Assembly (NCBI RefSeq): GCF_026210795.1 | Contig: NC_089432.1 | Span: 2,976,001-3,040,000 of the forward strand | Origin: Rhizophagus irregularis | Taxonomy: Eukaryota | Direction of reading: 5' to 3' | Length of the DNA stretch: 64,000 nt | In this document: piece by piece, positions 1-13,238 of the stretch | Layout of the letters: each line of letters opens with the position of its first letter | Numbering within the stretch: position 1 is the stretch's first letter | Translations under genes and position numbers: made by a program | The notes under the pieces: generated by a model | Told to the model about the DNA's origin: nothing | What the model saw: only the letters and a program-made list of their open reading frames with translations | Database searches by the model: none

Positions 1-711
1 ATATCCCACAGCATATTCTGACCGGTCATTGTCTATATGTCCAATTGCTTCATAATTTTCAGTACAAAATACTGCACCTATAATTTCATTATCATCTAAT
101 TCTGATTGATTTTTAAATTTTTCATAAGAATCGACAGACCAGTGCAAATGTTGTTTTCCAAATTCAAACAACCATTTAGCCAAAGTAATTCCATTCTCAC
201 AAAGTATTTTTTGTTCCTCAGGGTTAGAAGTTTTATAAACATATTTGTCATAACCAGAATTTAAACGATTGGGACGAAATCCGTCACCAACCATTTTTCC
301 AAAAGATGCATGTGCCTTTCCACGTTTAATGATAGGATGACCTTCAATTATCGATTTAATTTTTATTCCAAAATGATTTGATAATTTTTTTATTGCTGCA
401 TCACGTATGACCGCACCTACAGCTTTACCATTATATTTTAAAATAACTGACTTATTTTTACCAATTATTTTAATTTCTAAATCTTTTAGCAAATTAATAT
501 GATCACCACTGTCAAAACAAGAAACCCTTTTTCCTAGATATTTATTTGCTAAGTCAGGACAGTAGTCAACTTCTACATCTAACATCGATGTTTCCATATC
601 ACCTTTGTGTTTTAAATCTTTTGGAGTAATCTTAACTCTCTCTTTCCAAATATCTAATAAATATTCATTTTTTGTATTGATTAAATGTCGAGAAAATGTT
701 GATAAAGGATC
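1..711 (-). CDS. Partial exon of a TET/JBP-family 2OG-Fe(II) dioxygenase; runs off the window edge, with upstream exons probably at ~790-1340
   Basis: Manual minus-strand translation from the acceptor at 712-713 is open: DPLSTFSRH...IKRGKAHASFGKMVGDGFRPNRL...GAVFCTENYEAIGHIDNDRSEYAVGY. It has the GxMxxxGxR motif and the HxD iron-binding motif of fungal TET/JBP proteins. Missed by the ORF track. Confidence 0.7.
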
Positions 712-1619
712 CTATAAAATAAAAATTTTTTTTTTTAACGTTAATATTGTTAAAAAAAAAATACCATTAATTTCCAAAAATAAGCAACTCATACATACAT
801 GCATTACAATCATTTTGGCTGAAATTATAAAATTTTAGCCAGAATTACAAGTAAAAAAAAAGTGCTTATTTTTGGAAAATAACATTGACATAAATAAAGT
901 ATTCCTCCCATCCTTCTTTTATAAATAAGAAAGAATTAATTCTTTTCTCACGTAAAATTTGGTTAGGAGGTATATTTATATTAATACCCTTTCTATCCTC
1001 CTTCCACAGGTCTTTAAAAAGAATTAAAACTTTAATATATTATAAAATTTGTTTAGGAGCATACTTAAATATATCTATGCCATTTATAATTTTAAAAAAA
1101 AAGATGAATAATAAAAATACATTTATCTAATATTACCTTATTCTTAATTCCTTTTTCCTTTAACCATTCTTCAAATCTTTCTGATTCTCCAAATAAAACT
1201 TTACAATGTAATTTGCTTAATCCACAAAGTACATTTACAACCTCATCCATACTAATAGTAGTAGAAGATATCTTAAAGAAATAAAACTTCGTTAAAAATC
1301 TAATTTTCACTTTATTTATTTGAAGAAGGATAAATAAAACGCTACATACTTTTTTTTAGAAGATTCAAAAAATTTTTAGACCGTAAAAAAAAAAGCAAAA
1401 AACACCTTAAAAAAAAAAAGATTGATAATCAGATAATCTAGTTTGGGTATACAAGCCATCAGCAAGTCACGGGAAAAATGTTCATTCCTAAAATGTTCAT
1501 CATAAAAATATGTTGAACATCTATATTAAAATCTATAATAATATAATCAAAATTGATTCTCTACACGCGCGTAAGAAATATCCTTCACAATTAAAATTGC
1601 ATTGCATTCATCTTTACAT

Positions 1620-3050
1620 TTTTTAATCTGAAGCAGGTATCTACAAATAAAAGTAGACACCATTAATATTTCTATCAAAAACGAAAAAAAACTTACAATT
1701 TTTAAACATTAATCATACTTTTCGAACCTACAAAAAAACAAAGAAAAGAAAATTTAGAGTTTCTGCTAAAGAAAATAAAAAAAAAAGATGGTAGGTTTAC
1801 GCAACGAAACTTACCATTTTAAATTCTTAACTCAATACCCCAGACAATCTACAAAAAAAAAGATTATGGTAAATTTCTTAAAGATAATCTATTAATTTAT
1901 TGCTTACTTAGTAAACTAATATAAAACATTATATTTAAAAGATAAAGAAGATTGAAATGTAAAGGTAAATAACAATAAAATCGAAGTGTAATCATGCCCA
2001 AAGTGTAATTATGTCTAAAGGTAAAAAAAAAGTAAAATCAAAAGGTAATTACATCTAAAGGTAAAAACAACAAAATCAAAGGGTAATTACATTATCATCC
2101 AAAGGTAAATAAATAACAAAATCGAGGGGCATTATGTTCCAAGATAAATCAAAGTCCAAATAAATGCAAAAAAAATCACAAGTCGAATCAAATCGAAATA
2201 CAATCCTGAACGCAAAGTTGAATAACCTTGAAAAAAGAAAGTCCTCATGTTTCGTTTTCTTAAAAGTCCACTAAATTACTATACACTGAGAGAAGATTAC
2301 GCCCGAAGCTGAAAAAAGAAACAAGAATCGTTAGTTAGAAAAAAAAATTCAATTATTTTAAAGAAACTTACCCGAAAAGTTGACCTAAAAACCGAAGACG
2401 ATTTTACAAAATAGACAAAAAAAAAGGAAACGGTTAGTTTCTTCAAAATTAAACAAAAACTTTAAAAAAAGTTTCGAAATGAACTTCGAAACTTACCTTC
2501 CAAGAAAGTTCAGCCTGAATTTTTGAAAAACCTAGACCTAAAAAATAAACAACTTTTAATAAAAAAAAAATGATGAAAACAATCTGAAACTACGCCTATA
2601 AACTTACCAAAATCAAATTCAATTCCGGATTCTAATACACCGATATCTACAAAAAAGTAAGAAAATTAAAATTAAGAAAATATAAGTTTCAAAGTATTTG
2701 CTTCGAAACTTACCAAATTCAACCTCGAATCCTAAGACCGAAGGAACCGAATTTCTGAAAAAAAATAAAATTATAAAAAAAACAAAAAAAATAAAAATAA
2801 TTTTTCCATAAAAAATTAGAAAACATGAGACAAATAGGAACGATTATACATGGGGTCGTAATTATTCCAGATAATTCGGCATTTAGATGGCGTATTGGTG
2901 AAATTTATTATACCAAATTTTGTTCAAAGATTCAAGTATTACACCAGTAATACACCGGTGTAATGCCGAATTAGTATAATGTGCCGTAATATTTTCGTCA
3001 TGGCTTGAACCTAATTCGCCCCCATGTATAGGAATGATTCTTACCTCATT
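1620..3050 (-). other. Micro-exon-rich spliced transcript-like array, no long ORF
   Basis: Reverse-complement donors (cttac) at about 1692, 1810, 2367, 2492, 2604, 2709 and 3040 alternate with reverse-complement acceptors (ctac/ctaa/ctga followed by A-runs) at about 1641, 1728, 1849, 2309, 2538, 2647 and 2756. Confidence 0.5.
2847..3028. mobile_element. MITE, TA-flanked (Tc1/mariner-like)
   Basis: TIR tacatgggg(t/g)cg..aatt / aattcgcccccatgta with TA on both sides. Confidence 0.7.
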
Positions 3051-3744
3051 AACTACTTGTAATGCAAATAATGATTAATTAAGGTTGCTTCCAATGATAA
3101 TGCACTTGGAGAATTAATATTATCCTTGTCCCCAGTCTCAAGTGGTGTTTCAATAAATTTTCATTAACGGTGATATTTTCTAAATTTAAAAGTTATATAG
3201 GATCCTTAGATGTAGAATCAAAATATTGAACTTTATCGTTAGGGGTTAATGGTTTTTCTGATTTGGTACGAATAAGATCATAATTTTTGTCATAATAATA
3301 TAAAAAGCCATGTAAAGATCTAATGAAAAAAAAAACAAAAAAAAATATTTAAAAATACATAATTTTCGCGAAATTTACCAGATCCAAGACCCAAAGGCCA
3401 AAGCCAAAACCAACCGATATCGCACTGGTCGAATGATGAGGTATCGGTTATAAGCTATCATGATGCAGAAATCCGATATGGCATGATAGGTAATAGGTAT
3501 ATTGGTTTGGTATCCGATATTATTTATAAAAGTAATAAAACTATATCGGAAAATTTTAATATTTGATATTTCTAAAAAACATATCAGGAAAAGATCGACT
3601 CAAATTGAATGATTATCTGATCTTTTTTTTTCAGAAACGAATTATAAACTCTTTCATGTAACATTTCGTTTTTTTTTTCAACAAAAAGTATCATTTATAT
3701 TTTAAGAAACAATGACTGAACGGTCAGCCTTTCAGTAGACTTAT

Positions 3745-4555
3745 AGAAATGCAAGAAGTGCGGAAGGTTAGTAAATTTTTTGTTTTTTTTTTCTTTTTCT
3801 TTTTTCTTTATTTTTTTTCACCTTATTCTTATTTCTTTAGGGACGAGTCTCTTCTCTTGGAACGGCGATTTTGGTGACTACTGAGAATGCAAAAGACGCG
3901 GAAGGTTAGTATATTTCTTTTTTTTTTCATTTTCTTTTTTTAATTTTATTGTTTTTTTCTTTACTTACCAAATTCTTATTTCTTTAGGAACGGGTCTCTT
4001 CTCTTGGAACGGCAATTTCGGTGATTTCTAAGAATGTGAAAGACGCGGAAAGTAAGTATATTTTTTTTCAAATTTTATTGTTTTTTTCTTTATTTTTTTC
4101 ACCTTATTCTTATTTCTTTAGGAACGGGTCTCTTCTCTTGGAACGGCAATTTCGGTGATTTCTAAGAATGTAAAAGACGCGGAAAGTTAGTATATTTCTT
4201 TTTTTCATTTTCTTTTTTTAATTTTATTGTTTTTTTCTTACTTACCTAATTCTTATTTCTTTAGGAACGGGTCTCTTCTCTTGGAACGGCAATTTCGGTG
4301 ATTTCTAAGAATGTGAAAGACGCGGAAAGTTAGTATATTTTTTTTTTCATTTTCTTTTTTTAATTTTATTGTTTTTTTCTTTATTTTTTTCACCTTATTC
4401 TTATTTCTTTAGGGACGAGTCTCTTCTCTTGGACGGTGATTTCTAAGAATGTGAAAGACGCGGAAAGTTAGTATATTTCTTTTTTTCATTTTCATTTTTT
4501 AATTTTATTGTTTTTTTTCTTACTTACCTAATTCTTATTTCTTTAGGAACGTTCT
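3745..4555 (+). repeat. Tandem array of ~120-145 bp exon+intron units (about 6 copies)
   Basis: Repeated ttcttatttctttag|g(g/a)acg(a/g)gtctcttctcttggaacggc...aaagacgcggaa(g/a)|gt(t/a)agt followed by a T-rich intron. Confidence 0.85.
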
Positions 4556-5900
4556 CTTCTTTCGGGGTAGTGATCGGGAATAGAGGTAAATGTGAAGTGG
4601 ATGTGTGCGGGTCAGTGTATTTATTGTAATTAAGAGACGTTCTCTTCTTTTTGTAGGATATTATTAATCAAGCTGACCTGAGTCGAGTCAAGTATCAATT
4701 TAGACTTGGATTGACTCGACTCATCGACTCGTTTGGAGCACTACCGCTTCAGTTCTGATTTTTGGGTTTGGATATATAGGTGAGTTTTGAAGAGAACTTT
4801 AAAATTTTTTTTTTAAAAATTTATTTAACTTTTTTTTCTTTTATTTTGTAGGTTTCGGCTTCAGTTTTTGGGTGTTGGATAGGTGAGCGAAGCTTTGAAA
4901 CTTTAAAAACTTTATTTTTTTTAATTTTTTTCTTTTACTTTGTAGCTTTCTAGCAATAAAGAGAAGAACGGCTCATTTTGGATGCGGATTTCGATATGGT
5001 AAATGTATATATCTTTTTTTCCCTTAATTTATTTAATTTCTTTTAACGAAATGGCTACTAACATTTCGTTTTTTTCTTTTGTAGATGGTCGGGAATTACG
5101 CATACGTGTATAAGAAATACCGATATTTTTAAAATAATATTTTTATAGATTTCGGACGCCATTTTGAACTAGCAAGTTTTAAAAAAATTTTAATTTAAAT
5201 AGAAGGCGTGTAGATATGTACTAACCTTCTATTTTCTTTTATTTGCAGGTTCTGTGCCTGTTAGATGCCATCTTGGTCCGGTAAGTTGAAAACAAAAAAC
5301 TTTTTTTGAATAGAAGGCGTATAGGCGTATACTACCTTCTACTTTCATTTTTTTTTGTAGACTCTAAACCTCGTTAGGTGACGTTTCTCTCTTTTTAGGT
5401 TTCTGCTTCGCTGGTAGGTCATTCCTTTATGAAGAGTTTCGAAATTAGCTTTAAGAAATGTACTAACATTTCTTTCGTTCTTTTTTAGGAACAATATTTT
5501 AGACCGATTCTTCAAGGTATGCTTGTATAGACTTCGACATAGACCTTTAAATGTTTATTAATGATACTTCTTACTATATTATAGGTTTGACTTCGGGATC
5601 ATTGGATCGTACTTGGATGGTGAGTTTCAAAATTATACTTTAAAACTTTGTTTTTTTTTTCTTTAAAAAATACAATTACTAACATTTATTTATTATATTT
5701 TATTTAGGATCAACCTCTTACTGGCTCTTCAAATCCTTGCAGAATAGTTGTTTGTTGGAATCGAACCAACTGGAACAATGAATGCTCCAAACCATTAACA
5801 ACATAATATATATAAATAGATAGAATAGGGTAAATTAACGTTAACGAATATAATTTAAATATAATAATGAAATAAAAAATATGTATGTTTAAATAAATAA
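3745..5900 (+). ncRNA. Putative multi-micro-exon spliced transcript, probably non-coding
   Basis: About 15 exons of roughly 15-65 nt bounded by gtgagt/gtaagt/gtaggt/gtatgc donors, (ta)ctaac branch points and polypyrimidine-AG acceptors. No ORF of 60 aa or more in the unspliced track. Confidence 0.45.
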
Positions 5901-6246
5901 ATAAATAGTATATTTATTATAAATAAATAATAATAATAAAAAGAAATCAGGTTTCAATGTAGTAAATATACACCTGATATCGTAACAGTTTGGTAAAGAT
6001 TAAGAGAAATATCGGATTGCTGAAATTCTTCCGATATTCATATTCTTACCGCGCCAAGAACTGGTCACAAATTGGGTGGATCGATCCGTTGACATTCAGG
6101 ATAAAACCAAAAACGTATAATAGGGCTATCGGGTATATGAAATTTGCCCGGTAACCCTTCATTCGACCAGCGGCATCCCGCCGAAACCCCCCAGTTTCGG
6201 CAAGCAATCTTACCGATTAGTGACCAATTTTCAATAGTAAACTTTT

Positions 6247-7110
6247 GGTTAAGTACAATATGACTTGCTTTAAAAGACTATAATATTAATTTTTTGACTT
6301 TTAATATGTAATTAAATTAAATTGGTACCAATCTGCCATAAACCGGTCACCAATCAGCATATCAGATTGGTGACCGATTGGTGACCGACTGTCAATAGCA
6401 AACTTAATATATTTATCCAAAGAAATTCAAAAGCTCAGGTTAAGTACAATATAACTTGCTCTATAAGACTATAATATTAATTTTTGACTTTAATATGTAA
6501 TTAAATTAAACCGGTACCAATCTGCCATAAACCGGTCACCAATCAGCATATCAGATTGGTGACCGATTGGTGACCGACTGTCAATAGCAAACTTAATATA
6601 TTTATCCAAAGAAATTCAAAAGCTCAGGTTAAGTACAATATAACTTGCTCTATAAGACTATAATATTAATTTTTGACTTTAATATGTAATTAAATTAAAC
6701 CGTACCAATCTGCCATAAACCGGTCACCAATCAGCATATCAGATTGGTGACCGATTGGTGACCGACTGTCAATAGCAAACTTAATATATTTATTCAAAGA
6801 AATTCAAAAGCTCAGGTTAAGTACAATATAACTTGCTCTATAAGACTATAATATTAATTTTTGACTTTAATATGTAATTAAATTAAACCGTACAAATCTG
6901 CCATAAACCGGTCACCAATCAGCATATCAGATTGGTGACCGATTGGTGACCGACTGTCAATAGCAAACTTAATATATTTATCCGAAGAAATTCAAAAGTT
7001 CAGGTTAAGTACAATATAATTTGCTCTACAAGACTATAATATAAATTTTTTGACTTTAATATGTAATTAAATTAAACTGATACAAATCGGCTATAAATCG
7101 GCTGTCAATC
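6247..7110. repeat. Tandem repeat, ~188-191 bp unit, about 4.5 copies, with an internal hairpin
   Basis: ggttaagtacaata recurs at 6247, 6438, 6627, 6815 and 7003. Each unit contains ggtcaccaatc-agcatatca-gattggtgacc. The array is followed by atttcgacctgtg (ending 7275), the same terminus as the CAC-MITE at 35311-35510. Confidence 0.9.
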
Positions 7111-7279
7111 GGTCGTATGACCGATAGGTGACCGATTGGAATATATGACCGATAGGTGACCGATAGGTGACTAATTGGCAGAATCGGTTATCAATCGGCA
7201 TCCAATCAGTCACCAATCAGTCACAAATCGGTCATATGACCGATTGGTGACCGATTTTTCATATTTCGACCTGTGTTGA

Positions 7280-7681
7280 ATAAACATACCTATTTAATGG
7301 AATTTAATATTTAAATTATTTTATTAATATAAAACTTAATTTTTGTTTTGTTTTTATTTACAGTATTTATTATTTATTTATTTTTTATTAGATACAAATT
7401 ATTTTAAATATTGTTAGAAATTGGATCAACAAAATCATTCATTAAAAAAAATTTGGATTTGCGAAATGTACTGATAAACATTTACTGCAATATTTGCAAA
7501 TCCAAATTTTTTTAATAAATGATTTTGTTGATCCAATTTCTAACAATATTTAAAATAATTTGTATCTAATAAAAAAAAATAAAAATAAAAAAACTGTAAA
7601 TAAAAACAAAACAAAAATTAAGTTTTATATTAATAAAATAATTTTAAACATTAAATTCCATTATTAAATAGGTATGTTTAT
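7280..7681. repeat. Long AT-rich inverted repeat (foldback), ~185 bp arms
   Basis: ataaacatacctattta...aatttggatttgc (7280-7462) mirrors gcaaatccaaatt...taaataggtatgtttat (7496-7681). Degenerate tandem copies follow to ~8350. Confidence 0.8.
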
Positions 7682-9051
7682 CTAACTTCCATAAATATAA
7701 TGTACTAATAATTAAGAATCAAATCCTTTAATTTTCTATCAAATTTTAAATAATTTAGATCAAATAAAAAAATAAAATAAAATTAAAATAAAATCAATGT
7801 TAATTGCTAAATTACATTAAATAGATTAAATAAGTATGTTTATTTAACTTCTATAAATATATAATATATTAATAATTAAAAGAGCCAAATAAATCATTTA
7901 ATTTCTATTAATTTTTAAATAATTTAGATCAATAAAAAAAATAAATAAAATCAAAATAAAATGTTAATTGCTAAATTACATTAAATAGTAGATTAATAAA
8001 TAAGTATATTTATTTAACTTCCATAAATATGTAATGTATTAATAATTAAAAGAGCCAAATCATTTAAATTTCTATCAATTTTTGAAATAATTTGGATCAA
8101 AATCATCAAATAAAAAAAAATTAATAAAATCAAAATTAATCAATGTTAATTGTTAAATTACATTAAATAAGTATGTTTATTTAACTTCCATAAATATGTA
8201 ATGTATTAATAATTGAAGGATTTAAATTTCTGACAATTTTTAGATCTAATAAAAAAAGTAAATAAAAAACAAAAAAATTAATGTTTTATTTAATAGCATA
8301 ATTTTTAAATAATAATTAAAGGATTTAATTTTCTGCATTTTTGAAATAATTTGTATTTAATAGTAAAAAATAAAAACAAAAAATCATTTTTTAAATGTTA
8401 AATAACTTAAATTTACAATAAAAAAATTTTTTTTTTGGTTAAAATATACCAAATTGCTAAAAGTTAAATTGCATTAACTTGTCATCAAGTAATTGTAAAA
8501 ATATAATACACAGCTTGTTGGATTGTATTGAGATGTATTAAATGGTAGGAGTTTTATACCTTTAGGATTAATAAATAATAAGATATTTACATTGTTTGAA
8601 AAGAATTTTTTTGTATTTTTAAATATTTCCAAATGCCAATAACTTTCCATCTATTGATGATAGAAACCACAATTTAACAATTTAACATGTCTTGATGAGA
8701 CAAAGCTAACAAGTTATAATTTATTTTTTCTATGATTACTGGATTATGATAAATTGATGCAATTTATAATATTTGCATTTATAATGCTTACCAAATTTAC
8801 AAAAACGGACATTAATGTCCGTTTTTATAATTCCGGCCAAATTTACAAATGGACATTTATGTCCGTTTTATAATTCCGGCCAAATTTTGCTGGGCGAAAT
8901 TATCTTAATTCTGGCCAAATTAATGTGTAACCTTGAAAATTTTTTGCCTTTTTTATAGTTACAAGGTGGTACAAAATGTACATTAATGCAATCCTTGACC
9001 ATGAGTTTATAAGTAAATATCCGGTCAAAAGTTATAATATTGCCTTATTTG

Positions 9052-11729
9052 GAGGTCGTCTAAAGCGGGGGCAAATCACGTGATACGATTTCGGGATTAG
9101 TCGGGAATGTCGGTTTAATTCGTGTTACCATTACAACATCGTGCATTTATTTATTTTTTTTTTCAAAAAAAAACATTTTTTCAAATTTTTTCACTAGCCA
9201 TGTCCGTCCCTTCTTCACAATCAACTGTCCCTCCAGCTTCTTCTCCTCTAATAATAACGTCAGCATCAAACCTTACACCAGACGAAAAGCGGGATCTTCT
9301 TTTTGATGTAGACCGCGCTTTAGAAATTCCAATGGAGGTTTTTAACGAAGAGTGGTGGCCGTTAATTTCGAATATTTGGACGAAATGGGACTCGTATAAA
9401 TATGTAAATGGTGATATTCGGAAAACCTTCGCCTGTCATTTTATGAAGCACCGCGAGTCAAGTACGCGACAAAAAGAAAATGTTCTGAATGAAAAACGCA
9501 GAATAACCAGGATACGGCCATCTAACATATGTTCTGCGATGATTAAAATTTTTTGGATAGCTTCTTCAAATGTAGTTCAAGTAGAAAGACATAAAAATTC
9601 CCCCAACCACACTCATTCTTTATCAGAAATCGATAGGTTAAAACGGCCAAAAGCTATTAGAAGCTTAGTTGAAATAGAAGCGGCTAAAAATTATTCAGCT
9701 CCAACAATCACATCTGCCGTCAAGGAATACGCAACGTTGGAGTTAGGTCTTGGTGAACCTGCGCGCGAGCTGAAGCGCAAAGAAGTAGCGAACATCAAAT
9801 ATAAAGTTCGTGGGCCTGCAGAAACTTATCTTATTGGAAATCCGAACTTAAAATTAGATATTTTGGATTCTATTTCTTATTTAACGGAGCAGGGATATCG
9901 TGTCGAAAAGTACCGCGTCTCTCAACGGTCTACCAGAGGTATTGTGTTTGCGCATCCGGAGCAATTAAAGAAGCTTGAGCGTCATGGATGGCTGACGCTT
10001 ATAGATTCAACACATAAAACAAACCGGTACGATTGGCGTCTATTTACTCTTTACGTCCGGGATACCTATGGATGTTGGAACGTAGGCGCCCATTTTTTCG
10101 TAAGCAGTGAGGATGCAGATACAGTTGCGGAAGCTTTAATAATAATCCGCAATAAGTATTGTCGTTGGTCCCCCCGTTACATACTTTCAGATCATAGTAA
10201 TATCGAAGCCAAGAGCATTAAAAAGACATTTCCTGGCATGGCCGCTGGTGAACAAGAGTGCCAAGTTCTCCTTTGCGTTGTCCATGTTATGAGAACGTGG
10301 ATGCAAAAAATTCATGAAAAAAAAACCCGAGACATCATGATCGCGGCGATGCATAAAAGAACAAAGATTGGATGCGAAAGCCTTGTTCAAGATGCTATTA
10401 ATTCTTGTCCCGTTCCTTCTATACAAAGTTATATTAAAAGGAACTATACGAAAAATACCGAGAAATGGGGCTTATGGGCTCGGCAACATTCCCCCCTGCT
10501 TTTACAAGTCACTTCGACGAATTCGCTAGAATCTTTTCATAGTGAATTAAAGAAAACAACATCTTCATCACATGGATTGATCGGTACATGACGATTTTTA
10601 TTTGGCTATTTTGCCCGCATGCCCAACTCAAAACTTTTATATTTTAGGTGCCGCTCACAAAGTCGTCAATGTTGATTGCAAAAAAAGATCTGAAGCCGAA
10701 AGTGCATCTTTTGATTTTCGTATCAAGAAAATATCCGCGTATGGTGTTGATGGTGATATTCTTGAAGAAATCCAAAAGTTCCCATTCCCGTTTCAACAAT
10801 TAATCATTAGAGAAGCCTGTGCTGTGATAAATAGACTTGAAAAAGGAAAAAGTACGCCAGGTCTTACTTCTCTCGATTGTTTCTGCTTGTTTCGCCATCG
10901 ATATTTATTGCCCTGCAAGCATATTTTTCACGAACACATGTACGGCAATAAATTGTTGACTACTGACGTATGGCAAATGTTTCGCGAAATTTTTGAAGAA
11001 AGCGGGTTTGAAGTGTATGAAAGTCGAGAATCATTTATAGAATATGTTCAGACGGAGCAACAGAAAAACGCCGAGAATCGAAGAATTGCTGTGGGAGAAT
11101 TAACCGAAAGAATGCGCGATAGGTATTGGCGTGTTGAAGAGATGGGTGATGTTGAGAAGACGCAATCTTTTATTTCTATGTTAGAAGCCTCCATGAATCC
11201 GATTATTTTGCAATTTGATAATAATTCAAGCGGAAAAACTTAGAAATTAGAATTACTTATTAGTATTTTGATACTAATAAATGTACAAGGTTGTATTGGG
11301 TTCTGATTATTGTGCGGGCTTGGTTTCTTAAATTATTACGAATTTTTTTTTATATAGAAAAATTTTACGAATTTTTTTTTTTATGTAGATAAAAGCTTTA
11401 CGAATTTTTTTTTATGTAGATAAAACTATGAACTTTTTTTTACGAATTTTTATTAGAAATTTTTACGAATTTTTTATAAGAAAAATTACATTTTAAATTC
11501 AAATAAAACAATAAAATCAATAAATAGTGTGGGACTTTTTTATTTTAATTAATTCTTTTAAAAATTTTTAATTTTTTTATTAATGATTTATTGATATTTT
11601 TAAGAAATTTTACTTCGCCGGAACACATTTTTTTAGCCAGTTATCGTTTGGTAATCTAACGAAAATCACGTGACCCTTCCGGTTAATCGCGATCATGTCA
11701 CGTGATTTGCCCCCGCTTTAGACGACCTC
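9052..11729 (+). mobile_element. MULE/Mutator DNA transposon, apparently intact and autonomous
   Basis: TIR gaggtcgtctaaagcgggggcaaatcacgtga / tcacgtgatttgcccccgctttagacgacctc (32 bp perfect). Direct repeat cttatttg at 9044-9051 and 11730-11737. Confidence 0.92.
9200..11243 (+). CDS. MULE DDE transposase with C-terminal SWIM zinc finger; 2 exons (9200-10583, 10648-11243)
   Basis: Motifs IDSTHKTN, ILSDHS, CVVH, TNSLESFH and SWIM-type CFC...LPCKH. A 64-nt GT..AG intron (10584-10647) joins the two ORFs in frame (HGLIG|AAHK). Confidence 0.9.
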
Positions 11730-13238
11730 CTTATTTGTAATTAAATGTTGGTAAGTTGTTTGGACCAATCAGATCTTGTGGGCTAATCTGGCCCATGGGC
11801 AGTTTATAAGCTAGGATGTAGTGCACGCCCACTTAGCTTAGAAACTATGTCGATCATTTGGCTGGGGTGAAATCCTTCTAGTTAGGACCTTCCATATTCA
11901 TTTACTAATCAAAAACGCAATTTGTTATTATTCAACAAATTAATACATACCATAAAATATAAATATAGTTATAGTTACATTGAGATCATTAAAGGTGCTT
12001 CATTGATACTTGATGGTCCGTGCAAAGCACAGTACCCGATTCATGACGTCAGAATTGAGTTAGTACCCACCAATTTCCATCCACGTTTTTGGGATGTATT
12101 TAATTTTACTGCAGGAAATATATATTTAGTTTATTTTTTTCTCTTGATGCATTTAAATTATTTTTATATTTTTTTAAAAAAATTTTACACTTTTGATACC
12201 AGCCATACAATTTATTAAATCCTATAGATAAATTCAACCAATTTCCTTTCTATTTCTTTTAAATAACGATAATATTATAACTAAAATTTTTAACCGTATA
12301 AGTTCAGTGGTCATCGAAGTCGGTTCCCAGAGTGTTTTATACGTATGGATGATTTTTTTTTAGATATGTTAGCGTGAATTATTTACGTCTTTAAAATTCA
12401 TGGTATTCAATTTAATCATGTGTTATTGTTTTATAAATTATAAAATTTTGATTTTAAAGTAGTGTTTAATAAATTACTTTTTTATTTTTATTTTATATTA
12501 TTTTTATTTTATTTTTATTTTTATTTTTTTTACAGTATTTCTTTAAATAAAATTTTTTGACTCCGCCGGATTCAAATATGCTGGTCTCTATCATTAAACT
12601 TCTGTAATTTAACTTAAAAGTTATTGTTACGTTCGTATTATGAATATACAATAGAATTTTGGTAACTTTATACCATGCACAGTAGAGCTATGTCGACATA
12701 TGCAGTATTTTTTCGCTTCATAACTAACAATGATCAACACTAAATTCGATAAAACTAAGGAATGCCGAACTGGCCAGAAAAAATTTAAAGGTGAAGTACA
12801 TATTATTTGACATTGAATACCATATCGTTTGACCTTGAAGTACAAAACATTTAACTAATACTTATAAACCATTTTGCATTAATTGCAAACAATTTGGCAT
12901 TAAATGCAAATTATTTGTCAGTCATTAAATGCAAATCTTATTAATTTTAAAAATAATTTTCTTAAAAATGAAATAGACCTCCTTTAAGAATTACACATGA
13001 CTTCCAAAAAGAAAATCTCTTCATAAAATTACTCAAATTTACGCCATTTGAATTCTAACTAAATATGGAAAATTATTTCCACTTCATCATATTGTTTGAC
13101 CGTATTACAAAGGGTTTGATCGTAAAATCAAATTGTTTGACAGTAACAGTAAATCATTTGAACTTCATAAATGTCAAACGACGTCCCTATAAAAAATTTT
13201 CAGAAAAATGATCACGTGTCTGAGTTTCTTCGGAATAG

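Larger units (their letters stand above)
3423..6172. mobile_element. Non-autonomous TIR element (CACTG-like end) carrying a micro-exon array
   Basis: Left end cactggtcgaatgatgaggtatcgg; reverse complement of right end cgctggtcgaatgaagggttaccgg (20/25 match). No transposase inside and no clear TSD. Confidence 0.55.

Noticed and set aside
6247..7110. CRISPR-like array (also considered for 3745-4555 and 15815-16012)
   Set aside because: Whole units repeat with no unique spacers, there are no cas genes, and the context is eukaryotic.
8788..11755. Older small TIR element (cttacca...tggtaag) hosting the MULE
   Set aside because: The inverted match is only ~8 bp and I see no TSD.
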